From Fonticula alba ATCC 38817 (Eukaryota; Protista; Nucleariida), in assembly GCA_000388065.2 (NCBI GenBank), contig KB932208.1: 64,000 bases of DNA. One strand, written 5' to 3'. Shown piece by piece: positions 11,400 to 22,697 of the stretch. The notes below the pieces were generated by a model. That model was given only the letters and a program-made list of their open reading frames with translations. It searched no databases and was not told the origin of the DNA. Made by a program: the position numbers and the translations under genes. How positions within the stretch are numbered: position 1 is the first letter of the stretch; each line of letters opens with the position of its first letter.

Positions 11400-13574
11400 C
11401 GGGGCAGGCGGGAGGGAAGCAAGTGCAGGAGCGAGGGCAGGCGAGGCGGGCCGGTCGGTGGGTCGGGCCGAGCAACACAATGCGGCGACCGGTAGGACAC
11501 AGGAGGGTGGTGAAAGGTCAGGGCGAAGCGGAGGGCACAGATTGATTTGGCTATGCCCGAAATGGCCCCGCCGGCTAGCACACCCCCTAGCGGCACCAGA
11601 AATAATACAAGGTGACGGATCCGGAGCGGGAGCAGGGGAAGGGGGGAAGGGGGGTCGTACCTTGACTGGAGGGGGCTCTTTTCCCTGGGCCGGAACAGAA
11701 GTGGTACAGATGCTTGTACTGAGCGAGGGTGGGGTGGGGTGGGGNNNNNNNNNNNNNNNNNNNNNNNNNATGCGCCTCCGGGCCTCCAGATGGGTGTGCC
11801 CAGCAGGACGATCCGGCCCGAGGCGCCATGTATCGGGTATTCCCATCGACGGGCGGTTTGGGTAGCGCTGGTTGTCCCTCCGTCCCGAGCGGGTACCTTG
11901 CCGGCTGCCTGGGAACAAGGTTCCCAGATCCGGTCTCGTGGCCGGATTAGGCTGGCCCGCGGCATATTGCGTCCCCCCCCCCCCCCCAGCCGGGGGTGCC
12001 CCTCGAGAGGGAGGGATACTTAGGGACCAGTGCGGCTGGGCACACCCGTGGCTCACAGCTGCACGGCGAGGCCGGCGACTGGCCAGAACGGTCTGGTGAA
12101 ACAAACACACGGCCATTCCTTGAGACGATGGCCTGGCCTCTCTTTAAGGCTCATGAGGCGGGGTTAGGCGCAGATCTTCGCCCCCCCCCCCCCCCTCGAC
12201 CCGGGCGTCCGCACTACGAGCATGGAGACTACCAGCCCCCGCCTGCGGCCCGATCGCCCGGAGGCAAGGGCGGGGGGGGGGGCCGCGGGGGGCGTGGGAC
12301 ACAGGGGGCCGGCGGTTATTTGGAGCGGGGCCTTTGGACATCCGGACGCAGCATGTCCAAGGTGGCGCGCTCCGGTCCCTCTGGCTCTCTCTCTCTCTCT
12401 CCCTCGCAGGGGTAGCCCCCACTCTGCCNNNNNNNNNNNNNNNNNNNNNNNNNNNNNNNNNNNNNNNNNNNNNNNNNNNNNNNNNNNNNNNNNNNNNNNN
12501 NNNNNNNNNNNNNNNNNNNNNNNNNNNNNNNNNNNNNNNNNNNNNCCCTCCCCCTCGCCCCATCCAGTGGAGGATGCGTGGGTAGGGTTATTTCCCTGTG
12601 GCTAATCTTCCCGCCCTCAGGCCCCTTCCTGATGGCGGCCCTCCCCTGCGCTTGGGGGACGATGCGACCCAACCTGGAAGTGCGCGCGCGTTTCCCAGAG
12701 CACGCGACCAGCCATTGGGCAGCGGCTGGCGCGGCCCTCGCCGCGGGGGCCGGCCGTCTACCGGCGAAAAGGGCAGAGGCCCGGGGGACCATCCCCCCCC
12801 CCCCCCCCAGCATCCGGGCGAAAAGCACGGTCCCACCGGTTCGACCGGCGGCCGGATGGGGCGGCGGCCCCGGGGGAGAGTAGGCCCCGCTGAAACTCCA
12901 CACGCTGAGGTGTCATCGCCCCTCCTGCGTCCCCGCACCACACAGACTCCCCACCGTGACGCGGGCGACCCGCACGGCGTGCGCATTACGCTCCTTCGAA
13001 GCCAGACCGCACGCACTCACAGGCGCCGAGCCCCAAAACGGCTCGGCCCCCGTGTTGCTGTTGTTGTTGTTGTTGTTGTTATTGCCCTGCCCGGGGTCCG
13101 AGTCCCTGAGAAAGGCCCTTCCCGGTTCGAAGGCGCAGCCCGGGCCCACCGCGGTTGGCCAGGCACACAAGCCGCGAACATGGACAAGGCCCCGAGTACA
13201 AGGGTGTGACACTCGCCGACTGCCGGACGAACCAGCTTGTTCGTATGTAAATGGCATTGTGCCTGCCGCGTGAGGCGCGATCACGTCCTCTTCGCTGGGA
13301 TCTGGCAACATGCCAACGCTCTGCGTGCAAATTCCAGCACCCAGGAATGCCCCCCCCCCGGGCACTAATGTGCCGCCTTTGTCGCCCTCCCTGGCCTCCG
13401 GGGGGAGGGGAGCCTTTGGGCATATCCCCCTCCCCGACTCCACCTCCTCGACTTTCTGTCGAGCCTGCTTCGCCTGCCTCCCGCCCTCATCGCTCCCTTC
13501 CCGCACGGCCTCTCCCTCCCTCCTCCTTTCCGGATCCCTCCTCGCCCCTCATCCTCGTACCTGCCAACTGAGCC

Positions 13575-15594
13575 ATGTCGGCACCACCGAAGGCTTCCCC
13601 GGCCCAACGGGTGCAGGCCATTGAATCCCAGATCATGCCGATCCTCGAGGGTATGCCTGTCTTGGTGGAGGGGGGAGGGTATCCATCCATCCATCTGCCC
13701 GTTCCGGGGACGTTCGCCGACTAACAGGCCTCCCGTTGCTGCATCTACAGTGGCCATCCCCACGCATGCGGACTTTGCCCGTCTTCAGGGACTTCTTGAT
13801 GAGCTGATTGCGGCGCAGGGCGGCGTCATGGCCCAATTCGGCCATCTGTCCTGGGACGCGGCCACCGCCGGCCAACGCTACCACGACCTGGAAGACTGGC
13901 TGGAGCGGGACTTTGGTGTGGATCTGTCTCGGGTGCATGTGGTCCATGGTCTGGCCGAGGGGGCTGGCTTGGCTCTCGGCAGCCGGAAGGCCGATGGTGC
14001 CCACATTTCCGTCTCTCCCGGGGACCCCCTCTTGAGCATCCCACTGTCGGCCATCCTGACGGCCGACGGGCTGCTGGCCGGCACCCGGCTGGCCGGCGTG
14101 GCGGAGGAAGCCCACGCCACGGTCCCGACGAATTTGAACAACCCGGCTGCGGTGCAGCTCTTCCGCGACCATCTCCGTCTGACCAATGATCACTCCTTCC
14201 GCTTGGCGGTCGGGCTTTGCTTGACGGTGCTGGACAACCTCCAGGGCAGCCCCTTCCTGCCGTATATCCGCGCTCTGCCCGGGCCCGAGGCGGCCTGCTG
14301 CTTCCTCTTCGCCGGGGCAGCCGATGCGCAGGCTCTCTTTGATGCCGGCTCCCCGACGGGCGGCTTGCTGTTTGCCCGCCTGGCCGGGGCCTTTCGCGCC
14401 TACCAGTGCTTCCTCCGACTGGCCAGCGGTGCCGGCAAGGCGGCCTCCCCGGGCTGGGCGCTTTTCCGCTGGGCCTGGGCGCAGGTCCTGTCTCGGCAGA
14501 ATCTGCTGCCGGTCGGGGCGACCGGCTCCCATGCGGGGAATGGCCGTGGTCCCGAGGCACTCCCCTGCCTGGTTCCCCTGTGGGATTTGATCAACCACGC
14601 TTCGCGCGGGTGCGGGCCGGAGGGCACTGACCGGCCGGAAATTTCGTCCTTCGTCCAGCAGACCGAGCAAGACCCAGCGCCGATGTTTGTGTTCCATGCG
14701 CTCTACCCGGCGGCCGGGCATGGAGCCCCCGTGCACATGTTCTATGGGGACCGATCGAACCGGGATTTCTGGCTGTACCAGGGGTTCACGGTGCCGGCGC
14801 CGGTTGGCGGGCAATTTGTCCCGCAGCCGACGGCTCTTCTTCGCTTTGATCTGAACCGCAACGAGCCGCCGGAAACCCTCCGCACGCGATCCAGCGTCTT
14901 GTCGAGTCTGGGCTTCAGCCTGTGCGCATTTGATGTCTCCCTTGCTCTGCCATGCCCGGTGCCCCGGGGCCATGCCTGCCGTCGAAAGATGGAGCCGAAA
15001 ATGCTGACACCCGCCCTTTGACCCTCCGCCCCTTCCCTATCCCCCCTTTTTCCGCACGCCCAATCAATGCCGGCAAATTGACGGCGTCTGGCCAGGCCGC
15101 ACTTCTCGGTGGTGGAGTTCCGCCCGGAGAGTGGCTCCATCCAGGGGAATGGCCTGCGGGAGGTTTTGGTCCTCTCGAGCATCTTGGCCCTCGGTCGACC
15201 GGATTTGGAGGAGGCCAGTCGACGGATCCTGGAGCATGGGCTTCGGCCGGCCACCGTCCTGGAGGGCTTTGCTCCGGACCAGCCGGATACCTTTGTGCTT
15301 GGGTCGTATGAGCGCGCGGTGCAGGCCACCCTGATCCGCGTGCGGCTGCAGCTCAGCCGCATGGCTCGAGTGGCCGCGGATATTGACCTGGCCGAGGCCG
15401 ATGACCGACATGCCTTCCAGGGCAAGCTCCTGGATGAGGCTCGGGCTGGTCTTGGTGCTGCCTGGCCGGCGCTGTTGACGGCCACCCCGGGCTCGGGGGT
15501 CGCCAACAGTCCGTTGCGCATTCTCTACCAAGAAAAGGAGACTCTCCTGCGCTTGGAGCAGGCCCTGCTGGCACTGAAGGAGGCCTGCCAATGA
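13575..15594 (+). CDS. SET-domain methyltransferase, SETD3/Rubisco-LSMT class (SETD3-like). Model join(13575..13650,13751..14921,15096..15594)
   Basis: WAWAQVLSRQNLLP, LVPLWDLINH and HMFYGDRSNRDFWLYQGF match SETD3 motifs (VMTRQNQIP, LIPLWDMCNH, IFYGTRSNAEF). The C-terminal helical region is LSMT substrate-binding-like. Intron 1 has a CTAAC branch; phases are consistent. Confidence 0.75.
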
Positions 15595-15812
15595 CCGGCC
15601 CATAGATGAGGGTCTCTCCGCTTGCGCCCCTCCCAGGCATGCTCCATAACATCGCCCCGGCTCCGACCTTGGTGGCTTTCTAGATGCCACATAAAATCCC
15701 CATGTGTATGGGCGTGTTTTTGGAAGAACAAAAAAAAACCAATAATAATTACATATATCATAGAGTGGGTGTAGATTGTGGATGCCCCGATTCCCGCGCG
15801 CTCGGCGGGACA

Positions 15813-17559
15813 CTAGGTGGGTGGATTGCCGACAGCGCGACAGGCCAACTGGGCGGCACGCAGTGCCGCCTGTGCGACAGGGCTATCGGCCAGCACGTGC
15901 CGCTGCCCGGAAGACGGGGCATCAGCCAGCAGCGGGGCCTCAGTCTGGGGGGTGGTCGGAGAGCCGGGGAACAGGACGCCCAGGCCTCCGGTCGGCCGGG
16001 GAGACTCCTCCGCGGGCTGGTGCGATGGCTGATTGGAAAGCTGGCGCAGGGTGGCCTTCTTGGCACTGTTGGACATGGCAAGGCGAGACATCGGGCTCAT
16101 GGTGCTGCTGGTGGTGGGGCAGTGCTGGGCCAGAGGGTCGTGCAGGCGCGGCGACCGGAAGGAACTGGCCGCCTCGGCGCCAGTGAGCAGCAGGAGCCCC
16201 GTCGGTGTGGCCGCGGTGCCCGGAGTGGCTGCCACAGCGGGCGTGGCCGCGGCGGCAGGAGTGGCCGCCGGCCCCGGAGTCCGGAGGAGTGGGCCCGGGC
16301 TCTGGGCATCAAGGGATGTTGTCCGGTGGCTGGTGAGGCTTGACACCCGGGGAGCCCCGGCCCGGGGGGAGGCAGCAATCGGCGAGAAGGTGGAATGGCG
16401 TCCGGGGGGGTGGACATCTCCACTGGCTGGCGAGGTGAGCCGGCGCACTGGCCGAGCGGCCACGCGTGGCGAGAGACCACCTACGCGCGGTGACACGGAT
16501 CCGAGGAGCCGCGGCGAGGCGGGCGGCTTCAGGGTCGCGGCGGGCCCGGCATCCTGGCTTTCGTCGGACATAATCTGTCGATGGCAGGGGCGGGGGGGGG
16601 GGGAGGGTCGAGGGCAGGAGGCAGGGCGGAAAGTTAGCGGGCATTTGCCGGAGGCGGGCCGGGGGCATGCGAGGGGAGGGAGCGCACTCGGTTGATGAGG
16701 GCAAACTGGCGTGCCGCGGCCTGCATGAGTTCCACCTCGGTGGAGGAGCTGACCATCTGCTGGAAGAGCTGAGCGTTTGGGCCGACTCCACGACTGTCAG
16801 TGCGTGTGTGCGTGTGGGGTGGCGGGGGGCGGGGGGCGAGAAAATCGAGGGTCGATGTCGAGATTGGGGAGCACGGGCCGTACATCGGAATTTTCCTTGC
16901 GCAAAGATGAAAGGGAGGTCTGGGAGGCGGGGAGAGGAGGGAGTTAGAAGGTGGGAGGGGCATTTTCCGGGCTGTCTCAGGGCCCAGCGGGGGGACCACC
17001 GCTTACCTGAGTGCTGGCGAGCATGGTCTCAGCGATGTTACGCTCGGTGATGGCCTCCACAGCCAAGTCGGTCAGAGCTTGGATTTGGTGGCTGTAGGAG
17101 GTGGCACGCTGCTCGAGCTCGGCCTTCGTTTGCTCCAGGGATTGCACCTGCCCGATGGCCTTCTGCGAAAGAAGGGCCAGACGCTTTACGGTATCGGAGG
17201 ACTACGACAACACCGGGTCAGAGGCGACAAATCGGCAGTGGGGACCGGTGCTGGAGGGGCAGCGTACATCGTGTGGAGACCCTTCGATGGGAGAGGACAT
17301 GGCGGCGGCAGGGCGGGCCTTTTTGAGAGGCGGACCGGCCGGCTCGAGGTGGGGAAAGGCAGAGGCGCCATCTGAACTCGAGGGAAGAAGAGGGAGAGGG
17401 TGAGAAGACATGCACAAGCAAAGCGGGAAAAAAAAGCGGAGGAAGAGGCTGGGAGCCCGGATCGGGGGGCGGGGGGAGGGGCATCATACCAGCAACAGTG
17501 GAGTTGGCCTGCCGATTGGATGTGCCGAAGACACTCCGGACAGGTACAGCAGGATCCAT
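15813..17559 (-). CDS. Hypothetical protein with a central coiled coil and Ser/Pro/Ala-rich tail. Model complement(join(15813..16574,16688..16768,17007..17201,17268..17371,17490..17559))
   Basis: Four phase-consistent GT-AG introns (GTATGA, GTACGC, GTAAGC, GTGCGC donors). Heptad-like exon SSDTVKRLALLSQKAIGQVQSLEQTKAELEQRATSYSHQIQALTDLAVEAITERN. No family recognised. Confidence 0.6.
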
Positions 17560-18115
17560 GGTGAGTGGATGGGGGGGGGGAGCGATAAACCGGACAGAGA
17601 GGAGGAAAGGAGGAAATAGGCAGGCATGCAGGCGGAGAGGCGGAGATGCAGATGGGGTGCTTCCCGGCGGGCTGGCGGTCGGGAACGGGGGAGGGGGCCT
17701 TTCAATCCAGGCGGAGGGTATTCCGGGGCCGGGAGCATGCGATCGCTGGGGAGAAACGGTCCGCCATGCCCGCGGATGGGTGCTAGGTGCCAACGATTGG
17801 TACATCGGGCGCGAGATCGCCCGGGCGAAGCCCGGGACCGCGACAACCAGGTTCTCCTGAGCCAGCATCACTCACCCGGGGCCCCTGCGAACAGCCGATC
17901 GGTGACCACAGCCGCGACCGGGAGGTCGGCGTCCCGGGCCACCGCACCTCCCTCCCCTCCTCCCTCCTCGCCGGACTCAGGCCCTTGTCTCCCTCCTTTT
18001 TCCTGCCTGGCCAGCCTCCCCCCCCCCGGCTCGCCCGTCCCCTCTCTCACTCTCTCCCGGCCGGAATATACATATATATTTTCTCGTCCGCCCGCTCCCC
18101 CACCCTCCGAACGCC

Positions 18116-20466
18116 ATGGCTCTTCGCAACAAGGCCCTTCCCTGCGATGACCTCTCCTCCACGCCGACACTGAACGCCCAGGTACAAGCCACTTGCCGGG
18201 CCTTCTTCCCCACCGGCCCTGGATGTCCGCCTGACTGACTTTTTCCCCTTAACCACCCCCCGCACGCCACCTGCCCCTGCCTCTCCCCGTTGGCCTTTCG
18301 CACCCATCCACCTCACATAGCGCAAAGTGGAGGAGGAAATTCTGTCGAACTACCAGGCCTTCCTGCAGCAGCACGGGAGCTCGGCCGAGGCGGGCTCCGG
18401 CGATGGAGCCCCCATCCCGGCGCCCACGTTCGATGTGTCGAACATGAAGGCCTTCTTGCGAAACTCCATGTTCCGGCCGATGAGCTCGGCCTTCTCCTCG
18501 CTCGATGGCAGCCGTGCGTGGATTACATTTTGGTGCACCCAAGCCGGTGCCTTGGCCAACATCACGAACTTCGATGCGCGCAGGTACGCAGCCGGAAGGG
18601 CGCCCTTCCTGCCCGGCCGCCCGTCGCAGGCCACTCACCTCTGGCCTCTTCAGCATCATGGACTTCCTGCGACTGAGCCAACACCCGGATGGCGGGTTCG
18701 GCGGGGGCCCGGGTCTGCTGGCGCACTTGGCCCCGACCTACGCCGCGGTGGCCACCCTGGTGAACTTGAACCGCGAGGGTGTTTTCGAAGATGACGAGCC
18801 ACTGCGCCTCATTGACCGGTGCGTGTCTGCCTGTGTCCGGCCCCCTCCCCTCTGTCGATGTCCATGCTAACTGGCCTCTCGACTCATAGCGAGTCTCTTT
18901 ACCGGTGGCTGATGTCGCTCAAGACGCCGGAAGGCTCGTTCGCCGTGCACCACGATGGCGAATGCGATGTCCGGTATGGTCCCCTGGGGAGGCAGGTGTT
19001 GTTTTGCCCTCGACTGCGTGTGGGGGAGATACGGCCTGCCACTGACGCGATCGGGCCTGCCTCACTGGATTGACGATCCCCACAGCGGAAGCTACCTGGC
19101 CCTGTCTGTGGCACAGATGACCAACATTTTGACGCCGGAGCTGCTTGAGGGCGCAGTCGATTGGATCGCCCAATGCCAGACGTATGAGGGCGGCCTGGCC
19201 GGGCGGCCGGGCCTCGAGGCGCATGGCGGCTACACGTACTGCGGCGTTGCGGCGTTGGCCTGCGTCGGAGCGATCGGCGCCCTGGACATCGATGCGCTGA
19301 CCGTGCGCCCTTTTCTTTTCCCTCTCCTCCCGGACAATCCTGTACCTGGAGCCTTTTCCTCTGACCCCCTCTGCTCCTTTCTGTCCCTTTCCTTTGTCTC
19401 TCAGTACTGGGCCCTTCAACGGCAGATGTCTCTCGAGGGGGGTTTCCAGGGCCGGACCAACAAGCTAGTTGACAGCTGCTATTCCTTCTGGTGTGGCGCC
19501 GTGCTGGCCCTCCTTTCCGGGACCACGCGGTCGGTGATGGCTGCCGAGACCTCCGCCAGCCTGGCCTCACACATGGACCCGATCCTTTTCGACCGGGGTG
19601 CGTGACCAGCCTCCCGCCACATTTTTCACTTGGCCATGCCCCTGTGCTCCCGCCTCCCTCTCTCTCTCACACACACACACACACTGCTGCTGCTGCTCTT
19701 GCTCGTGCCTTTTCACTTCGCTCCTTCTCCGTATCTGCTGCGGGGATTGCTTCGAAATAGCCTCCTTGCTGGACTACCTCTTTGTTCAGTGCTACGACGC
19801 AAGTGGAGGTGGGTTTAAGGACAAGCCCTCCAGGTGCGTGGACTTCGAGTTGCCATCGCCGCTGTTGTCGCCTTCATCATCCCCGCCCCTCCCCCCTCTC
19901 GGGGTTTTTTTCCGCCATCCGCTGGTGCACGTGTGGTCTGACTGTCTCGCGATACCTGCCTCACAAAGTCGCCTGGATGCGTACCACACCTGCTACTCGC
20001 TCAGTGGCGTCAGTGTGGCCCATTCGGTGGATGATCTGCCCTCACAGTCTGGACTCGAGCGGCCCCTTGCCTTCGATCCGGTGAAAGTGCCCCCCTTCCT
20101 TCAGCATGTCACGGGCGATGGCGCTGGCACCGGCGCCACGCCCTTCAAGTATCCCGTCATCTATCGCGGCCGGTCGCGCGATCTGGCTCTGCTTGTATGT
20201 CATATGTGCCGGACGCCCTATTTCCATCACGGGAGGGCCGAGGGGGGAGGGGGGGGGGGACGAGAGAGACGCTGTTGCCGCCTGTGCCGAGCCGGGAGGT
20301 GCCACCATACGATCCTCCCAGCGCGCTAACCCTACATCCCCACAATCCCCGGGTCCCTCGGTCGCCTCCGCTCCAGTCTTCGACGAACGCCATCTTCAAC
20401 ATCGAGCGGAACCAGTGCCGGAAGGGGCTGGAATTTTTCCGCTCCCTCGGAAATCCCATGATGTGA
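18116..20466 (+). CDS. FNTB: Protein farnesyltransferase beta subunit. Model join(18116..18181,18321..18583,18654..18818,18890..18973,19086..19302,19405..19597,19761..19833,19969..20194,20377..20466)
   Basis: Motifs LDGSRAWITFW, QHPDGGFGGGPGLLAHLAPTYAAV, GECDVRGSY, CQTYEGG..EAHGGYTYC, RQMSLEGGFQGRTNKLVDSCYSFW (Zn ligands D/C), GGFKDKP and DAYHTCYSLSG (Zn ligand H). All eight introns are in phase; intron 7 uses an AAG acceptor. Confidence 0.93.
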
Positions 20467-21026
20467 TTTGAACAGCTGACCGGTCGTTCATTCCAAGGGC
20501 TTTGGAATGCTTTCTCTGGCATCTCAACCCTCGCGGTTGGCGGCGGTGACTTCCAGAGTCTAGGGTTGCTGGGGGGGGAGCGGACTTTTCTCCCTCGTTC
20601 TTCCTGTTCCCTTGTCTTGCTACTCCCCTCTCTCTCGCTCTGCCAGATGCATGTTGGCCAGCACGAAAAGGCCGGGCTGCAGCCATCGCCAGTAATCCAC
20701 GCGGCGAAGCTACATACACACATCCATCCAAGTAGTTCACACGCGCGTCGCAAGCGGTGGGGTGAGTCATGTTGGCGGATGCCTCTCCCAAGCGGTGGCC
20801 GTGGGCGAACGCCGGGAGCACCAAGGCGAGGGGGCAAGGGAATGCACGAGGCTATTTTCCCGCCGCCAACGCTCCCAGACTGTGACCAGTCTGCGGTAGT
20901 CAGCAATGTCGCTTTCTTTCTCGCGGAATGTGTTGTCCCGGCCTCCATGCANNNNNNNNNNTGTCGCTTTCTTTCTCGCGGAATGTGTTGTCCCGGCCTC
21001 CATGCAGCCGGCCCTCCTTCACCACC

Positions 21027-21066
<40 letters not shown>

Positions 21067-21455
21067 CGAAGGCGGCGACAGCGGCGTCTTCATTCTTCAC
21101 GCTGTCGGATCTTTTTCCCTGCCCAGACCTGGGCCCATCAGCTACTCGGAACTGCCGGCGAGGCCGGCCCATCATCGAGGGACGCTAGTATCTACCCTTG
21201 ACCGCCGCCTCGGCCCTTCAACCTGCTTCAGTCTGCCGGTGGGTTCGGTGGCCGGCGGTGGGCTGCCAAATGCGGCGCCGAGGGGCCCAGGCGTCACGGG
21301 CGCGCCCTTGAGCGCGCGGCGAGCGCCGAAAAGATCCCTCAGGCGCTCTAGACAAGGGGAGAGGCGCCCACTTGGCTGGGCTGGTGCGAGGGCGCACAAT
21401 TAATGACCATCTGTCCCGGCGGGGCCGGCCTCTGGTGGTGTGGGTCTTCCGATGC

Positions 21456-21867
21456 NNNNNNNNNNNNNNNNNNNNNNNNNNNNNNNNNNNNNNNNNNNNN
21501 NNNNNNNNNNNNNNNNNNNNNNNNNNNNNNNNNNNNNNNNNNNNNNNNNNNNNNNNNNNNNNNNNNNNNNNNNNNNNNNNNNNNNNNNNNNNNNNNNNNN
21601 NNNNNNNNNNNNNNNNNNNNNNNNNNNNNNNNNNNNNNNNNNNNNNNNNNNNNNNNNNNNNNNNNNNNNNNNNNNNNNNNNNNNNNNNNNNNNNNNNNNN
21701 NNNNNNNNNNNNNNNNNNNNNNNNNNNNNNNNNNNNNNNNNNNNNNNNNNNNNNNNNNNNNNNNNNNNNNNNNNNNNNNNNNNNNNNNNNNNNNNNNNNN
21801 NNNNNNNNNNNNNNNNNNNNNNNNNNNNNNNNNNNNNNNNNNNNNNNNNNNNNNNNNNNNNNNNNNN
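21456..21867. other. Assembly gap (N run); other gaps at 11745-11769, 12429-12545, 20952-20961, 31656-32085 and 37968-37977
   Basis: N characters; most gaps abut G or C runs. Confidence 0.99.
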
Positions 21868-22697
21868 CCCCCCCCCCCCCCCGGCCTATGCCCCGGGCGC
21901 GCCCACAGGTCAGTGGTCTTCCTTGGGTGAGGACACGGTGTTGGGGAGAGTGGACGCGAGTCGGAGCACGCCCCCCTTCTGCTCCAATGGCACCCCATCC
22001 GGCGATGGCGGCACATTCCACGCCTGCACGTTGGGAAGACACGCGGCGGGCTACTTAGCTTTTCTTGAGGGCAGCCCTTTTCAACAGCAAGGGGGCCCCC
22101 GGCCGGAGGGTGGGCAAGGGGAATGAGGCAGGGGGGTCGATCTTTCTCCCCTCGGTCCCGAACCAGGCCCCGGAAGGGATGGACGCCCAGGCGGCCCCCT
22201 TCGCCGAGGGAGAGGGAGAGAGAGAGAGGAGCGGAGAGAGAGGTGGCCACTGCTAGAAATCACCCGAGCGTGCTCACTCCTAGACCACCTGCCCCGCCAT
22301 CCACCCCCACTCCTCAGCGTCTCTCTCCCCTTTCTCCTCCTCCTATTGTCGCCTCCTTCGCGCCCCCCCCCCCTCCCTTGCCTCCCCCTCTCTCCGCACC
22401 TCTCCTTTTCACAAAAAAAGCCCCCAAGCGCCTTGCTCTCCGAACCCCCTTCACGGATACCGAACCAAGATTGGATCAGTACCACGCTTTCTAGCTTGCC
22501 ACTGGTGCGTTTCCACATGTACATGCCCGCGCGGGTCCCTCTGCAAGGGTGTGCATGCTCACGCGCCAGGCACCTGGGCACACACACACACACACACACA
22601 TATGCACGCACACACGCACACACGCACATGCACATGCACGCGCGCGCGCGCGCGCTGCCCTCTCTTCCCCATGCTGACCCCCCCCCCCCCGCCAGAG

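Noticed and set aside
19961-19968. AAG rather than YAG acceptor in farnesyltransferase beta intron 7
   Set aside because: AAG acceptors are uncommon but ordinary, and the frame and conserved DAYHTCY motif are preserved.
20907-21006. Exact 45-nt direct repeat (20907-20951, 20962-21006) around a 10-N gap
   Set aside because: This is the typical signature of overlapping contig ends in a scaffold, not a target-site duplication or CRISPR repeat.
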